NCBI RefSeq assembly: GCF_006345805.1
Contig: NC_043000.1
Span: 149,730,001 to 149,794,000, forward strand
DNA from: Octopus sinensis
Lineage: Eukaryota
DNA length: 64,000 nt
Reading direction: 5' to 3'
In this document: positions 23,731 to 35,850 of the stretch, piece after piece
Layout of the letters: every line of letters begins with the position of its first letter
How positions within the stretch are numbered: position 1 is the stretch's first letter
Program-made: the position numbers and the translations under genes
Notes under the pieces: model-generated
Seen by the model: only the letters and a program-made list of their open reading frames with translations
What the model was told of the DNA's origin: nothing
Database searches by the model: none

Positions 23731-24279
23731 GTAATAATTCAATAAGGATTTCTGTCACCTCTGCTCTGTCTCACCTTGACAGATCTTGTATTAAGCACTT
23801 TACCACATCATTCCTCTGTAGAACTCTCACTTTTGTCCTATTCTTCCCACTTCCTATGTTGTAATTGTTGAACCCCAAGTCAATCATGATCAAAAGACCT
23901 ATGATCAAATGCATTCCAAATGTGACCATCTTGTCTTTCGCTCAGACATAATGTATTCTAGGACTACATTATCCAAGGTGTCCTTCTTTTTTTTAGGGAG
24001 TAAGATTTGGTTTTAGGAAGCTTTGGTTGCTATTTGTAGCAAATTAAATGATAACATAGAGCAGACATTAGCAACCTTTTTTGAGAAGCAGGCCATATGA
24101 GATGAGACATAAATCAACATCAGGCAGGCCACACTACTCAAAATACTCAAGGTAATTTTTCATTAGTTGCACAATTCAGAAACTGCTGCAGGCCACACTT
24201 TGCTCATGACTAACATAGGGGCCACAGGATATTGGCTCATCCCTGGCCCCATTTATCTTACTGAGCCAATGTAACCAAT

Positions 24280-24962
24280 GCCAGTGTCACATAAAATGGA
24301 CCTGTGCTGGTTCCATGCAGAAAGAACCTGTGCCAGTTCAACGTAAAAGGTACCTGTGCTAGTGCCACATACGGAGCACTAATACTGATTTCATATATAA
24401 AGTCCCTGTACTTGTACAACGTAAAAATCACCAGTGCTGGTGCCACATATGGAGCATCTCTACCAGTTCCATATAAGAATCACGTGCACCAGTGTTGTGT
24501 AGAACAGATCCATGCAAATTCCACATAAAGAGCATCTGTAAAGCACCCATGCAGGTATCACATAGAAGGCACCTGTGCTGGTTCCACATAAAAAGCACCC
24601 ATGCCGGGGGCACATAAAAAGCACCTTTCAAGTGTTGGGCCTCATGGAGGCAATGACAAATAACTGAGACCTTTGGCAATATGCTGTGCTTAAGGAGACC
24701 CATCAAACCAAGTGAAATTGTAGTCGTGGCAGATACTGGTGTCCAGCAACTAGTGTCCTTGCCGGTGGCACGTAAAAGCACCCATTACATTCTCGGAGCG
24801 GTTGGTATTAGGAAGGGCATCCAGTCCAGCCATAGAGACCATGCCAAATCAAACTAGAGTCTAGTGCTGACCCTCAGCTTACCAGCCCTAGTCAAACCGT
24901 CCAGCCCATGCCAGCATGAACAACAGACGTTAAATGATGATTATCATAATGATGATGATGAT
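24280..24962 (+). mobile_element. Old RTE 3' UTR with many degenerate array units
   Basis: Repeated CCACATA(A/T)...AGCACC-like units, core GGAAGGGCATCCAG, (GAT)n tail. Confidence 0.7.
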
Positions 24963-25121
24963 GGTGGTGGTCAAGAAATGCATAGCTTTAATACCAACAA
25001 CATCAAGCATACCAGTCCAAAAGGGCCTGATAAGATTATGAGCATTGTGCATTTACTTTAGACTAATTTGTATAATTTGTTAAAAATATGTTCGGCTACA
25101 ATTCAATTGAACTCTACATTA

Positions 25122-25485
25122 CTCTGAGCACCTTTTCAAACTCCACCTGTCTAACACCCGTGGACATGTTTACAAAGTCGGGAAACAGCACAGCTCCCAT
25201 GACTTTCAGAAACATTTTTTCACACTTAGAGTTACTGAAACATGGAACAAACTGCCGGCATCAGTTGTTAGTTGTCGGAGCACTGCATCCTTCAAAACGT
25301 CCATGCTTCCTGAGATTCGCCAACACTACACCTGATTTTCTCCCCTCCATACACATGCAAGCATGTATCTGACTCATACACTGTTCACTTCCCAGACATT
25401 TGTACATTACTGCATATGCTTTATATGCACTTTTGACAAGTTGTGATGCACCTGAGCACTGTATACAATAATTTCATTATTATTG
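25122..25485 (+). mobile_element. CR1/L2-group LINE 3' end
   Basis: NTRGHVYKV...KHFF.LRVTETWNKLPASVVSC; short (ATT) tail. Confidence 0.75.
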
Positions 25486-25579
25486 TATTATATATTGACT
25501 ATATGGATTTCACAAAGCAAGTTTAACATGAATTTACCTTCTTTTTACTTTAACACATATCTTTTATTAGTGTCAGTTA

Positions 25580-25835
25580 CCAGACTTGCAGCTATGCTGG
25601 GGCCAAGAAGGTTTTAGTTACCACAGTAAATTAACCATAGAATTTACTTTTTCTTTAAGTTTGGTACTTAATCTATCAGTGTCTTTTGCCAAACAGCTAA
25701 GTTATGGGGATGTAAACAAACCAATGCCAGTTGTCAAAGTGACGGGAGGAGACAAGCAAAAACACAAAGTCAGACACACAGACTGAACCTGAAACTATAT
25801 GACAACAAAGCAAACCTCTTAACCACTTAGCCATA
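25580..25835 (-). mobile_element. Highly degenerate SINE family A
   Basis: Recognisable GGGGATGTAAACAAACC and CTGAACCTGAAAC blocks. Confidence 0.55.
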
Positions 25836-25975
25836 CCTTTTTTTTGTTTTGTTTTTTGTCATAAATTCTACTGTAAAGGAGCAAAATCTAACTGCTTTCA
25901 GTGAAATTCTGGTTTAAGCACTCCATAAAATCCCTCATAACTTTTTCTATTTTAGGGAATTTTCAGAAAATTTTC

Positions 25976-26388
25976 AGTGGCTGTGTGGTAATTAGCTTCC
26001 TTACGAACCACATGGTTCTGGGTTCAGTCCCACTGTGTGGCACCTTGGGCAAGTGTCTTCTACTACAGTCTCAGGCTGATCAAAGCCTTGTGAGTAGATT
26101 TGGTAGACGGAAACTGAAAGAAGCCCGTCGTATATATGTATATATGTTTATGTATGTGTGTGTATATGTTTAAGTGTCTGTGTTTGTCCCCCCAACATTG
26201 CTTGACAACCGATGCTGGTGTGTTTACGTCCCCATAACTTAGCAGTTCGGCAAAAGAGACTGATGGAATAAGTACTAGGCTTACAAAAAATATGTCCTGG
26301 GGCAGATTTGTTCGACTAAAGGCAGTGCTCCAGCATGGCCACAGTCAAATGACTGAAACAAATAAAAGAGTAAAAGAGTAAAAAAGTA
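25976..26388 (+). mobile_element. SINE family A
   Basis: Near-full match. Confidence 0.9.
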
Positions 26389-26456
26389 ACACATTGGAAT
26401 TTATAAATTGTTTTACCTAATTTTTTAAACCCCTCCCACCACTATAAATCCCAAAG

Positions 26457-26859
26457 CTCTCTTTACTCTTTTACTTGTTTCAGTCATTTGACTGCAGCCA
26501 TGCTGGAGCACCGCCTTTAATCGAGCAACTCAACCCCGGGACTTATTCATTGTAAGCCCAGTACTTATTCTATCAGTCTCTTTTACCAAACCGCTAAGTG
26601 ACGGGGACATAAACACACCAGCATCGGTTGTCAAGCAATGTTGGAGGGACAAACACAGACACACAAATACACACATGCATATATATATACATATATACGA
26701 CGGGCTTCTTTCAGTTTCCATCTACCAAATCCACTCACAAGGCTTTGGTCGGCCCGGAGCTATAGAAGACACTTGCCCAAGGTGCCATGCAGTGGGACTG
26801 AACCCAGAACCATGTGGTTGGTAAACAAGCTACTTACCACACAGCCACTCCTGCGCCTA
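26457..26859 (-). mobile_element. SINE family A
   Basis: Full match; tail-to-tail with the previous copy. Confidence 0.9.
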
Positions 26860-27393
26860 CTTTTTTCAAATTTTTTAAAAATCAGTGTTTAAAATACAGT
26901 CAGTCTGAATTTTTTGTTTAAATCCCAGCAGTGGACCACCATGGGTCCATCATTGCTGCATTAAATGTGTTTATGGGGAGAAAAATATTGAAAAGCATGA
27001 ATACATGTCAGAGTAAGGTATCAGGTGGTTGCGAGACATGCTAAAAAGAACAGCTAAATTGCCCTTAAATCACACCCGAAACATTTTTTTACCTAATTGT
27101 ATGAATTCTCCTATGTAGAACACAAATTCATAAAAATTTTCTGAAAATTCTGAAAAATAAAATAGTTATGAAGAATATACCGGATGCTTAAGCCAGAATT
27201 CTGCCTTGCTTTCTTCCAAAGAAATTCAAAGAAATACTCAAGAAAATGCCAAAGTCACAAAACCAAAATTCATATTCTGACTTAGAAACGACAACTGCAC
27301 ATTACAGTTAGAGTCATAATGGTTTTCAGCTTTGGTTTTTATTGTTAACCCCTCAATTAAATTAACCTCAATTCATCTATATTCATTGTCCAA

Positions 27394-27627
27394 GGCGGCG
27401 TGCTAGCAGACTCGTTAGCGCGCCGGGCGAAATGCATAGCGGTATTTCGTCTGTCGTTACGGTCTGAGTTCAAATTCCGCCGAGGTCGACTTTACCTTTC
27501 ATCCTTTCCGGGTCGATAAATAAAGTACCAGTTTCGCACTGGGGCGGTCGATGTAATCAACTTAATCCCTTTGTCTGTCCTTGTTTGTCCCCTCTATGTT
27601 TAGCCCTTTGTGGGCAGTAAAGAAATA
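27394..27627 (+). mobile_element. SINE family B, 16-bp TSD
   Basis: TSD TATATTCATTGTCCAA at 27378-27393 and 27628-27643. Confidence 0.88.
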
Positions 27628-27730
27628 TATATTCATTGTCCAATAGAGTTTCGTTAATGGGTTTTTTTGTATTTCATTCATATGAGAAGAAATTTGTATT
27701 TTCCATTACTCTTAACAAAATGATAGTTAC

Positions 27731-27835
27731 CTTTTGCTGTAGAGTGAGATTTTGCTGTGCTCGTCCTTTCCATGAAGAACTTTCGGAAAGCAAAGCATGG
27801 ATATTTGCACTTTCTCCGACCTCTTGACTAATGAC
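27731..27835 (-). CDS. CCDC13: CCDC13 coding exon (VISQEVGE...WKGRAQQNLTLQQK), phase 0-0
   Basis: TTTTTCAG|GTC ... AAG|GTAACT; EVGE and W.GRAQQ motifs. Confidence 0.92.
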
Positions 27836-27944
27836 CTGAAAATAATAAGAAAAAAGAAAAAGGAATATGTCAACAATACACTATGGGTAAGTATTTGAGA
27901 GTTTATGTATATAAATATATAGATAAATGCGTGTCTGTGTGTGA

Positions 27945-27988
27945 GAGAGAGAAAGAGAAAGAAGAGATAAATAGACAGACAGACAGAC

Positions 27989-28065
<77 letters not shown>

Positions 28066-28111
28066 GATATATAGATAGATAGATAGATAGATACGTACAT
28101 ACATACATACA

Positions 28112-28145
<34 letters not shown>

Positions 28146-28192
28146 CATACATACATACATACATAGACAGACAGACAAATAGATAGATATCC

Positions 28193-28240
<48 letters not shown>
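27945..28240. repeat. Compound (GA)/(GACA)/(GATA)/(TACA)/(TA) microsatellite
   Basis: Direct reading. Confidence 0.97.
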
Positions 28241-28243
<3 letters not shown>

Positions 28244-28968
28244 AGAGGAAAAAATAATAAGGCAGAATGCTAAATTGAAAGTAAATTTTAATAAAATGGG
28301 TGCATGAAAAATTAAAAAAGAAAAAAGAAATCAAACTGGCTTTCATTGCAAGGCAAATTTTCAAGATTTGGAAGGGGAAATTTTTTTTTTTAAATTGAGG
28401 AAGGGGAAAAAAGAATTTTACAATGATTTTTCAAAAACATAATAATACATATATACAAAAATTAATAAATAAGTACACCAATACATTGTAGTGTCTTTAT
28501 GCTTTTAGAGTTCAATATTAGTCCTCAGAAAAACTTCTTTGGAGGATTAGGATGCATGTGCTTAAGTCTAGTGTTTAGTTTGAAAGAGTTGGGTGATTAT
28601 GTGTCAAAACAGGAAATCCTTTTCAAACTAAACACTACATTTAAGCACAAGCATCCTAATCCTCCAAAGAAATTTTTCAAGAACTAAATTTTGAACTCTA
28701 AAAGCATAAAGACACTACAATGTATTGGTATACTTATTTATTAATTTTTGTATATATGTATTATTATTTTTTTGAAAAAACCATTGTAAATTTCTTTTTT
28801 CCCCTTCCTGAATTAAAAAAAAAATTTTTTCCCCTTCCAAATCTTGAAAATTTGCCTTGCAATGAAAGGTGGTTTGATTTCTTTTTTCTTTTTTAATTTT
28901 TCATGCACCCATTTTATTAAAATTTACTTTCAATTTAGCATTCTGCCTTATTATTTTTTCCTCTCCTA
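28240..28968. mobile_element. Foldback element/MITE, almost entirely palindromic
   Basis: TAGGAGAGG...CCTCTCCTA; arms 28240-28585 and 28621-28968, 35-nt loop, TA at both ends. Confidence 0.85.
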
Positions 28969-29037
28969 TCATTTCTACACGTGCGGTTAACACAACCCCA
29001 CCATTTACCGACTTATATATACCTATGTGCATGTATG

Positions 29038-29250
29038 TCATCATCATTATCATAATCATTTAACATCCATATTCCGTGCAGGGTTGGAAGTTTGAAAAGG
29101 ATCTGATGGATTGAAGAATTACATTATGTTCCAGTGTCTGCTTTGGCATTGCTACTATGGCTGAATGCCTTTCCTAATGCCAACAATTTTACAGTGTGTG
29201 CTTTTTCATGCCACTAGCACGATTGAGGTTACCATGTAGCTCGCAAGTCA
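29038..29250 (-). mobile_element. Old RTE 3' UTR fragment
   Basis: Degenerate tail and core. Confidence 0.55.
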
Positions 29251-29386
29251 ACAAATGCAGGGAGGAAGGAAGATATATAAATATATATATATCTAATGTA
29301 GGATAAAATTTTTTTCGAAAAAAATTCTTTTCCAAAAAAAATTTTATCAATGGCCAGCATATTAAAAAATACCTTTAGAGGTTAAA

Positions 29387-29775
29387 TTTATAAACAATTC
29401 ATAGATAAAGGCAAACGAAAAAATTTCTAATGCCAAATATGCCGAAAAATTGGACATATTGTCCATTAACCATATAATTTTTTCACAATACGCACACTAC
29501 TTGAAAGTGTTTGCTTCTTCCATGGGTATGAGTAAGTATCTCATTTATTTCTTTTGCCACATGTATCACTGACGAAGGGAGGGCTGTTATAAGCTAACCC
29601 TGAAATCGGTCCGATATGGTAATAATGGAATTTTTTAGAAATTTCTGTCCACCTTTTTCGAGTAGTGTGCGGATTGTGGAAAAATTATATGATTAATGGA
29701 CAATATGTCCAATTTTTCCGCATATTTGGCATTAGAAATTTTTTCGTTTGCCCTTATCTATGAATTGTTTGTAAA
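29387..29775. mobile_element. Second long-TIR MITE (120-bp inverted arms visible)
   Basis: 29387-29506 is complementary to 29656-29775; right side abuts an RTE tail remnant (29776-29822). Confidence 0.75.
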
Positions 29776-30139
29776 TCATCATCATCATCGTTTAACGTCC
29801 GCTTTCCATGCTAGCATGGGTTATACAAAAAGATGAATTGCATGCATGTGTGTGAGTGAGTGTGCAACTATGCCTGTGTCTGTTTACACTGGTTAGCTAG
29901 TGTAATGTTTATGTTTATCCCCCATAACTTAGTGATTTGGAAATAAAGATCAACAAAGCAAGCCCCAAACTGAAATACAATATGGTTGACTACAGCATGA
30001 CCACAGTCCAATGGCTGAAACTAGTAAAATAGTAAAAGAATACTTAAATAGAAGTTGATTTCAATGACAGATTTAAAATGAAACAAAAGAACTATACTGT
30101 GGTTTCATTCATTCATAATTACAATCGTATTATCTACTA

Positions 30140-30503
30140 CTAGCAGTATCGCCCGGCGTTGCTCGGGTTTGTAAGGGAAATAACTATATAAGCATTTTTA
30201 GAGATGTAAAGTATAATAGCCATCTCAATATGGCTAACCACAAAGGGGGAGGGGTTACTGTAGCTTTTTACGTTCTGAGATTTAATAATAAATGTTTAGA
30301 GAGTTACTTCCCTTATATATGCCAAAAATGCATTAAAAATGGGAAAAATTGATGGTAAATTTTTTTTTAAATCATAGCCTCGATATGAATCACGACTATA
30401 AGATACCCGGTTTTGGTTAAACTGCACTGCAAAATGTGGGAGTAGTTAGGAATCTAAATCGTAGGAGATGGACAGCACACAACCTCACTTTTATATATAA
30501 AGA
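30140..30503 (-). mobile_element. Non-autonomous Helitron
   Basis: Reverse copy of 6801-7193 with A|TC and CTAG|T ends. Confidence 0.8.
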
Positions 30504-30548
30504 TATTCAGTTATGAAATCAATGAAATTACATTTATGGCAGACTTAC

Positions 30549-30662
30549 TTTGTTAGCCAACTTCAGTTCCTGCTTGAAAACTTGACTCTGGTTTCTCCAT
30601 TCATTCATCTTGCTCTCCGTTTGTTTTAGTTTCCCTTGCAACTGTTTGATTTCTTCTTCAAG
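30549..30662 (-). CDS. CCDC13: CCDC13 coding exon (LEEEIKQLQGKLKQ...KQELKLANK), phase 0-0
   Basis: ATTCAG|CTT ... AAA|GTAAGT; coiled-coil heptads. Confidence 0.9.
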
Positions 30663-30741
30663 CTGAATTGCAGAGCAGATTTTATAATAATATTGATTTC
30701 TAAAGTAGGCACAAAACTTCATATTTCATGGGAAGGTATAT

Positions 30742-30951
30742 AATTCTTTACTGCCCACAAGGGGCTAAACATAGAGAGGACAAACAAGGACAGACAAAGG
30801 GATTAAGTCGATTACATCAACCCCAGTGCAAAACTGGTACTTTATTTATCAACTTCGAAAGGATGAAAGGCAAAGTCGACCTCGGCGGAATTTGAACGTA
30901 ACGACAGACGAAATACTGCTAAACATTTCGCCCAGTGTGCTAACGTTTCTA
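30742..30951 (-). mobile_element. SINE family B, 5'-truncated, 11-bp TSD
   Basis: GGAAGGTATAT at 30731-30741 and 30952-30962. Confidence 0.85.
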
Positions 30952-30992
30952 GGAAGGTATATCTGATTAAGACCAGTCTTAAATCTTCCCTA

Positions 30993-33453
30993 GGGAAGCT
31001 AGGAGACAGGTTTATTTAGCCAGAGGGGAAGCAGAAAAGAAAAAAAATTTGCCAATGTTCTGTGCTGTGAGTACCAAAGACTTGAGGTATTTCATGTTGC
31101 AAGACAATGTGTGAGAGAGAATCGTGATGTTGTAGGAGGGAAATGTGTCCACATAGATGATGGTTCTCTTGCTCTAAGCGAGGCTGCAAAGAGAGAGGTT
31201 TGGAGACGCCACTATGAAAGGCTGCTCAATAAAGAAAAGGAATGGGAGAAAGAGAGTCTGCTGAATGTCGACCCAACAGAGGGACTAGCTATCCAAGTTG
31301 ACAGTACCTTGGTAGATAAAGTAATTAAGAGTATGAAGACAGGGAAAGCCCCCAGCCCTTCAGGAATCACTGCAGAGATGCTCAAAATATCTGGCAGTAT
31401 TGGCTATAGCCTAGTCACTCGTATAGTTAACCAGGTGATACACGAAGGAGTCATACCCAATATTATGTAGCAGCATAATAGTCAACTGCTACTAAGGTAA
31501 AGGTGACGTTTTAGATACAAATAATTACAGAGGTATCAAGTTGTTGGATAAGGTAATGAAGGTTACAGAGAGGTTCATAGCCCAACTAATTAAGGAGAGA
31601 GTCAGTTTAGATGAGATGCAGTTTGGGTTCATACCAGGGAAAAGCACCACTGATGCTATATTTCTAGTAAGACAGCTGCAGGAGAAATACTTAGCCAAAG
31701 ATAAACCTCTGTACCTGGCTTTCGTTGACATAGAGAAAGCCTTTGACAGGGTCCCCCAATCCCTTATCTAGTGGTCAATGAGGAAACTAGGGATAGATGA
31801 ATGGTTAGTGGGAGCTGTGCAAGCCATGTACAGGGACGCTGTCAGTAAAGTGAGGGTTAGCAACGAGTACAGTAAAGAATTCCGGGTAGAGGTAGGGGTC
31901 CACCAAGGTTCAGTCCTCAGCCCCCCCCCCCATTCACCATAGTCCTCCAGGCAATAACAGAGGAATTCAAGACAGGATGCCCCTGGGAGCTCCTCTATGC
32001 TGATGACCTTGCTCTAATTGCTGAGTCACTATCAGAACAAGAGGAGAAGTGTCAAATGTGTAAACAAGGATTAGAATCGAAGGGCCTTAGAGTCAACCTA
32101 TCTAAAAACCAAAGTCCTAATAAGTAGGAAGGCAGGCAAACCACAAATCCCTTCAGGTAGGTGGCCCTGCTCGATCTGTAGAAAAGACATAAGTAGAAAT
32201 TTCATAAGATGTACCCAGTGTAAGCTATGGACACATAAGAGGTGCAGCAATATCAAAGGAAGGTTAACTGGGAAGATAGTTTTTGCATGTGTCAGATGCT
32301 CAGGAGTAATAAACACTGAAAATGTGCAGCAAACAACTTCCACCACTTTCTAGGGAGAAAAACTAGAAGTAATTGATAGCTTCCGTTACCTAGGTGACAA
32401 AGTTCAGAGAGCTCTTACCTCTGCTGGTGACAAAAGGCCTCTCAGTCAGTGTAAAAGGTAGACTGTATGACACATGTGTACAAACAGCCATTCTACATGG
32501 CAGTGAAACAGGGGCTGTGACTGCTGAGGACATGCGTAAGATTGCAAGGAATGAAGCCAGTATGCTCTGCTGGATGTGTAATGTCAGTTTGCATACACGA
32601 CAGAGTGTAAGTACCTTGAGAGAAAAGTTGGACCTAAGAAGCATCAGATGAGGTGTGCAAGAGAGACAACTGTGCTGGTATGGGCATGTGGCGAGAATGG
32701 ATGAGGATAGCTGTGTGAAAAAGTGCCACACCCTAGCGGTTGAGAGAACCTGTGGAAGAAGTAGACCCAGGAAGACCTGGATGAGGTGGTGAAGCACGAC
32801 CTTCAAACATTAGGCCTCACTGAGGCAATGACTAGTGACCGAGACATTTGAAAATATGCAGTGCTTGGGAAGACCCGGCAAGCCAAGTGAGACCATAACC
32901 CGTGGCCTATGTCAGGGGTGTAACCAGCCCACTTATATGTACCTTTCCTTCATTGGACACTAAACTCTGCTTGCGAAAACCTATTGAGGCAAATGAAATT
33001 GAAATCAAATCAAATTCACAAATTCGATGACTGGCACTCGTGCCAGTGGAGTACTAAGGGCACCATCCGAGAATGGTCGCTGCCAGAGCAGCTGACAAGC
33101 TTCCATACCAGTGGCACGTGATCGTTACCAGCGTCGCCTTACTGGCACATGAAAAACATTCGAGCGAGGTCATTGCCAGTGCCACTGGACTGGTTCCTGT
33201 GCAGGTGGCACGTAAAAAATACCACTTGAGCATGGCCGTTGTCAGTACTGCCTGACTGGCCCTCGTGCCAACGGCATGTTAAAGCACCCACTACACTCTC
33301 GGAGTGGTTGGTATTAGGAAGGACATCCAGCTGTAGAAACTCTGCCAGATCAGATTGGAGCCTGGTGCAGCCATCTGGTTCGCCAGTCCTGAATGAAATT
33401 GCCCAACCAATGCTAGCATGGAAAGCGAACATTAAACAATGATGATGATGATG
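30993..33453 (+). mobile_element. RTE-clade LINE, 5'-truncated, decayed RT plus complete 3' UTR
   Basis: NYRGIKLL, QFGFIPGKSTTDAIFLVRQLQEK, AFVDIEKAFDRVP, GVHQGSVLSP, LLYADDL, WYGHVARM; stops and frameshifts; 3' UTR ends in (GAT)n and is the source of the short copies. Confidence 0.93.
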
Positions 33454-33801
33454 ATATGTTTATGACTTGGTTACTAATTGAAAGCTTAGAACTACCTAGC
33501 AGGGTTTAATTTGCATATATGTATCATTATACCCATACAAGTCACATATGGCCAACCATATGTTACTTCCATTCCTCTATTAATTTATCATGTTCTATTT
33601 TTCTTCATCCAATTAATATTACTGCCAATGTAATTATAGCTTATCAACGGTTTAATTTATCTTTTTTTATTTTTCTCACTCATTCTCGCTACTAAATTAT
33701 CTTTGGAGACTTTCTTAAATCTCTATAATTTATCTATATACTAATTAGCTACATTTTTCCTAATTAACTCTAGTGTATTCAGTCTATTTACTTTACAGTA
33801 A

Positions 33802-34024
33802 TTAACCCATTTGTTATTGTATTTATTTTCAGATGTTCTGTGTTTCAGTTACTTTAAATATAACAAAGAATTTAGTAAAATAACTTAGTTATCATTAAGC
33901 TAGTGCTAGGAACATAAATTGTGACTAAGGTTTGGTGGAAGATTTTAATTCAGAACTTATGAAAACAAGACATTTGTACTCAAAGCCAGAGTCGATTTCA
34001 GCCAGGTTGATAACAAAAGGTTAA
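33802..34024. mobile_element. piggyBac-type MITE
   Basis: TTAA ends; same body as 11511-12066 without the insert. Confidence 0.75.
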
Positions 34025-34399
34025 ACTGTAGACATATATACACATTAAATTTCAGAAAATAGATAGATGAAGCCAATTTTATCTACCCATATCCACTCTT
34101 ACCATAGGTAGGTAAAAAGTTGTGAGTTCCATTCTTGGACCAGGCAGCATGTTATATCTTTGTCAAACCAACTTAAAAAGTTGATTATGAGTACTAGCTG
34201 AGTCCTAATGTAGTTCTATCTTTCCTTCCAGCGGTCACATTCTCAATGTTTTGTTGGGTCAAAGGGCAAGAGCTCAAATGCATGCTGTCATGAGGGACCA
34301 GACACACACACACAAGGACTATACCGGAAGTAATGCAAAAGCAGGTCATAACTTCATTAAGAAACATATAGTTGAAACAGTGCTTATCAGAAGAGTAAC

Positions 34400-35760
34400 T
34401 CTTCTTGTTTTTCTTCATTGCATGGAAATAATGGGTTCCAAGCAGAAAAGCAATATGCTGTCATTGCGTTCTTGATGAAGGATGAGGTGTAGGTTCTCCA
34501 GCATCTGCAGAAGGCCACAAATTGTTTACAGAGCAATGTTCTCAAATGAATGAAGTTTAAAGAAGGGGAAACAAGCATTGAAGACAAACTGTGCAGGGGG
34601 AGACAATCGACTGCAACCCCTGATGTGAATTTATTTGCACAAACAGATGAGTGACAATCTGTGATGCACAACTAGACTATGATTACAATGCATTACAGAA
34701 GACAGTGGAGGATTTGGGGTATAAGAAATTGTGTGTAAAGTGGCTATTTCAGTAGTTAATACTCAATTTGAAGGAGAAAAGGTGGAGGAATGCTTGGATC
34801 TGCTGGGAGTGTTTGAAGCCAACGTCACATTGTTTTTTTCTTTCTGGTGGCTGAGGACGAAATGTGGTCATATCTTTATGATCCAGAAATGAAAGCTCAT
34901 TACACCTCTTCTTTTAAGACTTAAAAATGTTCAAGAGACAGAAATTGGAACAGAAATCCATAACTGCTTTTTGGAGATGGCAAGAGTGTCACTCTCTTTG
35001 ATATTCTGGAAAATAGCTGTTATCATGAATAGTGAGTTACATATTAAGACACACAAACAGCTTAGGGGAACCATTAGGCAGAAGAGACCAAGTATGAATC
35101 TGAAAACAATCCACATTCACCATGACAGTGCATGACCACACATATCTTAGCAACAAATCAGGCAGTTGGCAAACTGGGCTGCTCAATAGTCGTCCACCCA
35201 TTATACAGCATAGATCTGTTGCTCTCCTAGTTCCACCTCTTCAGTACCATAAAGGACAGTCTTCAGGGACAATTTAATAACACAGATGAAGTGAAAGTGG
35301 CAATGAAATAGTAGGTGCAGATAGTGTACGTCTGAAATTTTTCAAAGTGGATTTGAGAGTTACTACTTATACTTGTACTTGTGGCGACGTCCACCCTGGG
35401 TGGGTCGAGTCGGCTTCTTCTACCACCCTCGAGGCATCTCGAACCATGGCAGCCCACGCACGATGGTCCTGCGCCAGTTCACTGGAGATAGCAAGCCAGT
35501 CATGGTTCCATCAGCGCAGGCCAATCACCTGCGGTCCCGTGAGCACGGAGAGGTCCTCCTTGATCATCGTAACCCAGGTCTTCAGCTGCCCGCCCGCACG
35601 TTTCCGCCAGTTTGGAAGTGGAGTTGGGAGAAGGACATCACGGCTCAGTTCAACCACTTCTTCCATAAATTCTCAATGGTGAACACAATGGTGAACTGAT
35701 TTGAGAGTTAGGTTCAAAACAATGGGGCAAATGTATTAAATAGTATCTTTGTACAAAGGA
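34400..35760 (+). mobile_element. Mariner transposase relic, interrupted by a LINE
   Basis: FKEGETSIED..RGR, EDEMWSYLYDPEMK, IHHDSA*PH, HPLYS.DL; ends approximate. Confidence 0.75.
35363..35697 (-). mobile_element. 3' end of a second, GC-rich RTE-type LINE with (CAAGTA)n tail, 13-bp TSD
   Basis: LLPTPLPNWRKRAGGQLKTW...LAQDHRAWAAMVRDA; TSD GATTTGAGAGTTA at 35350-35362 and 35698-35710. Confidence 0.85.
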
Positions 35761-35850
35761 AAAGTTACTCTACCAACGTGTGCATTTTCAACAACCAATG
35801 TCAGTTAATAGAAATGACCGTCGAAATAAATATCAATGGAAATAGTAGTT

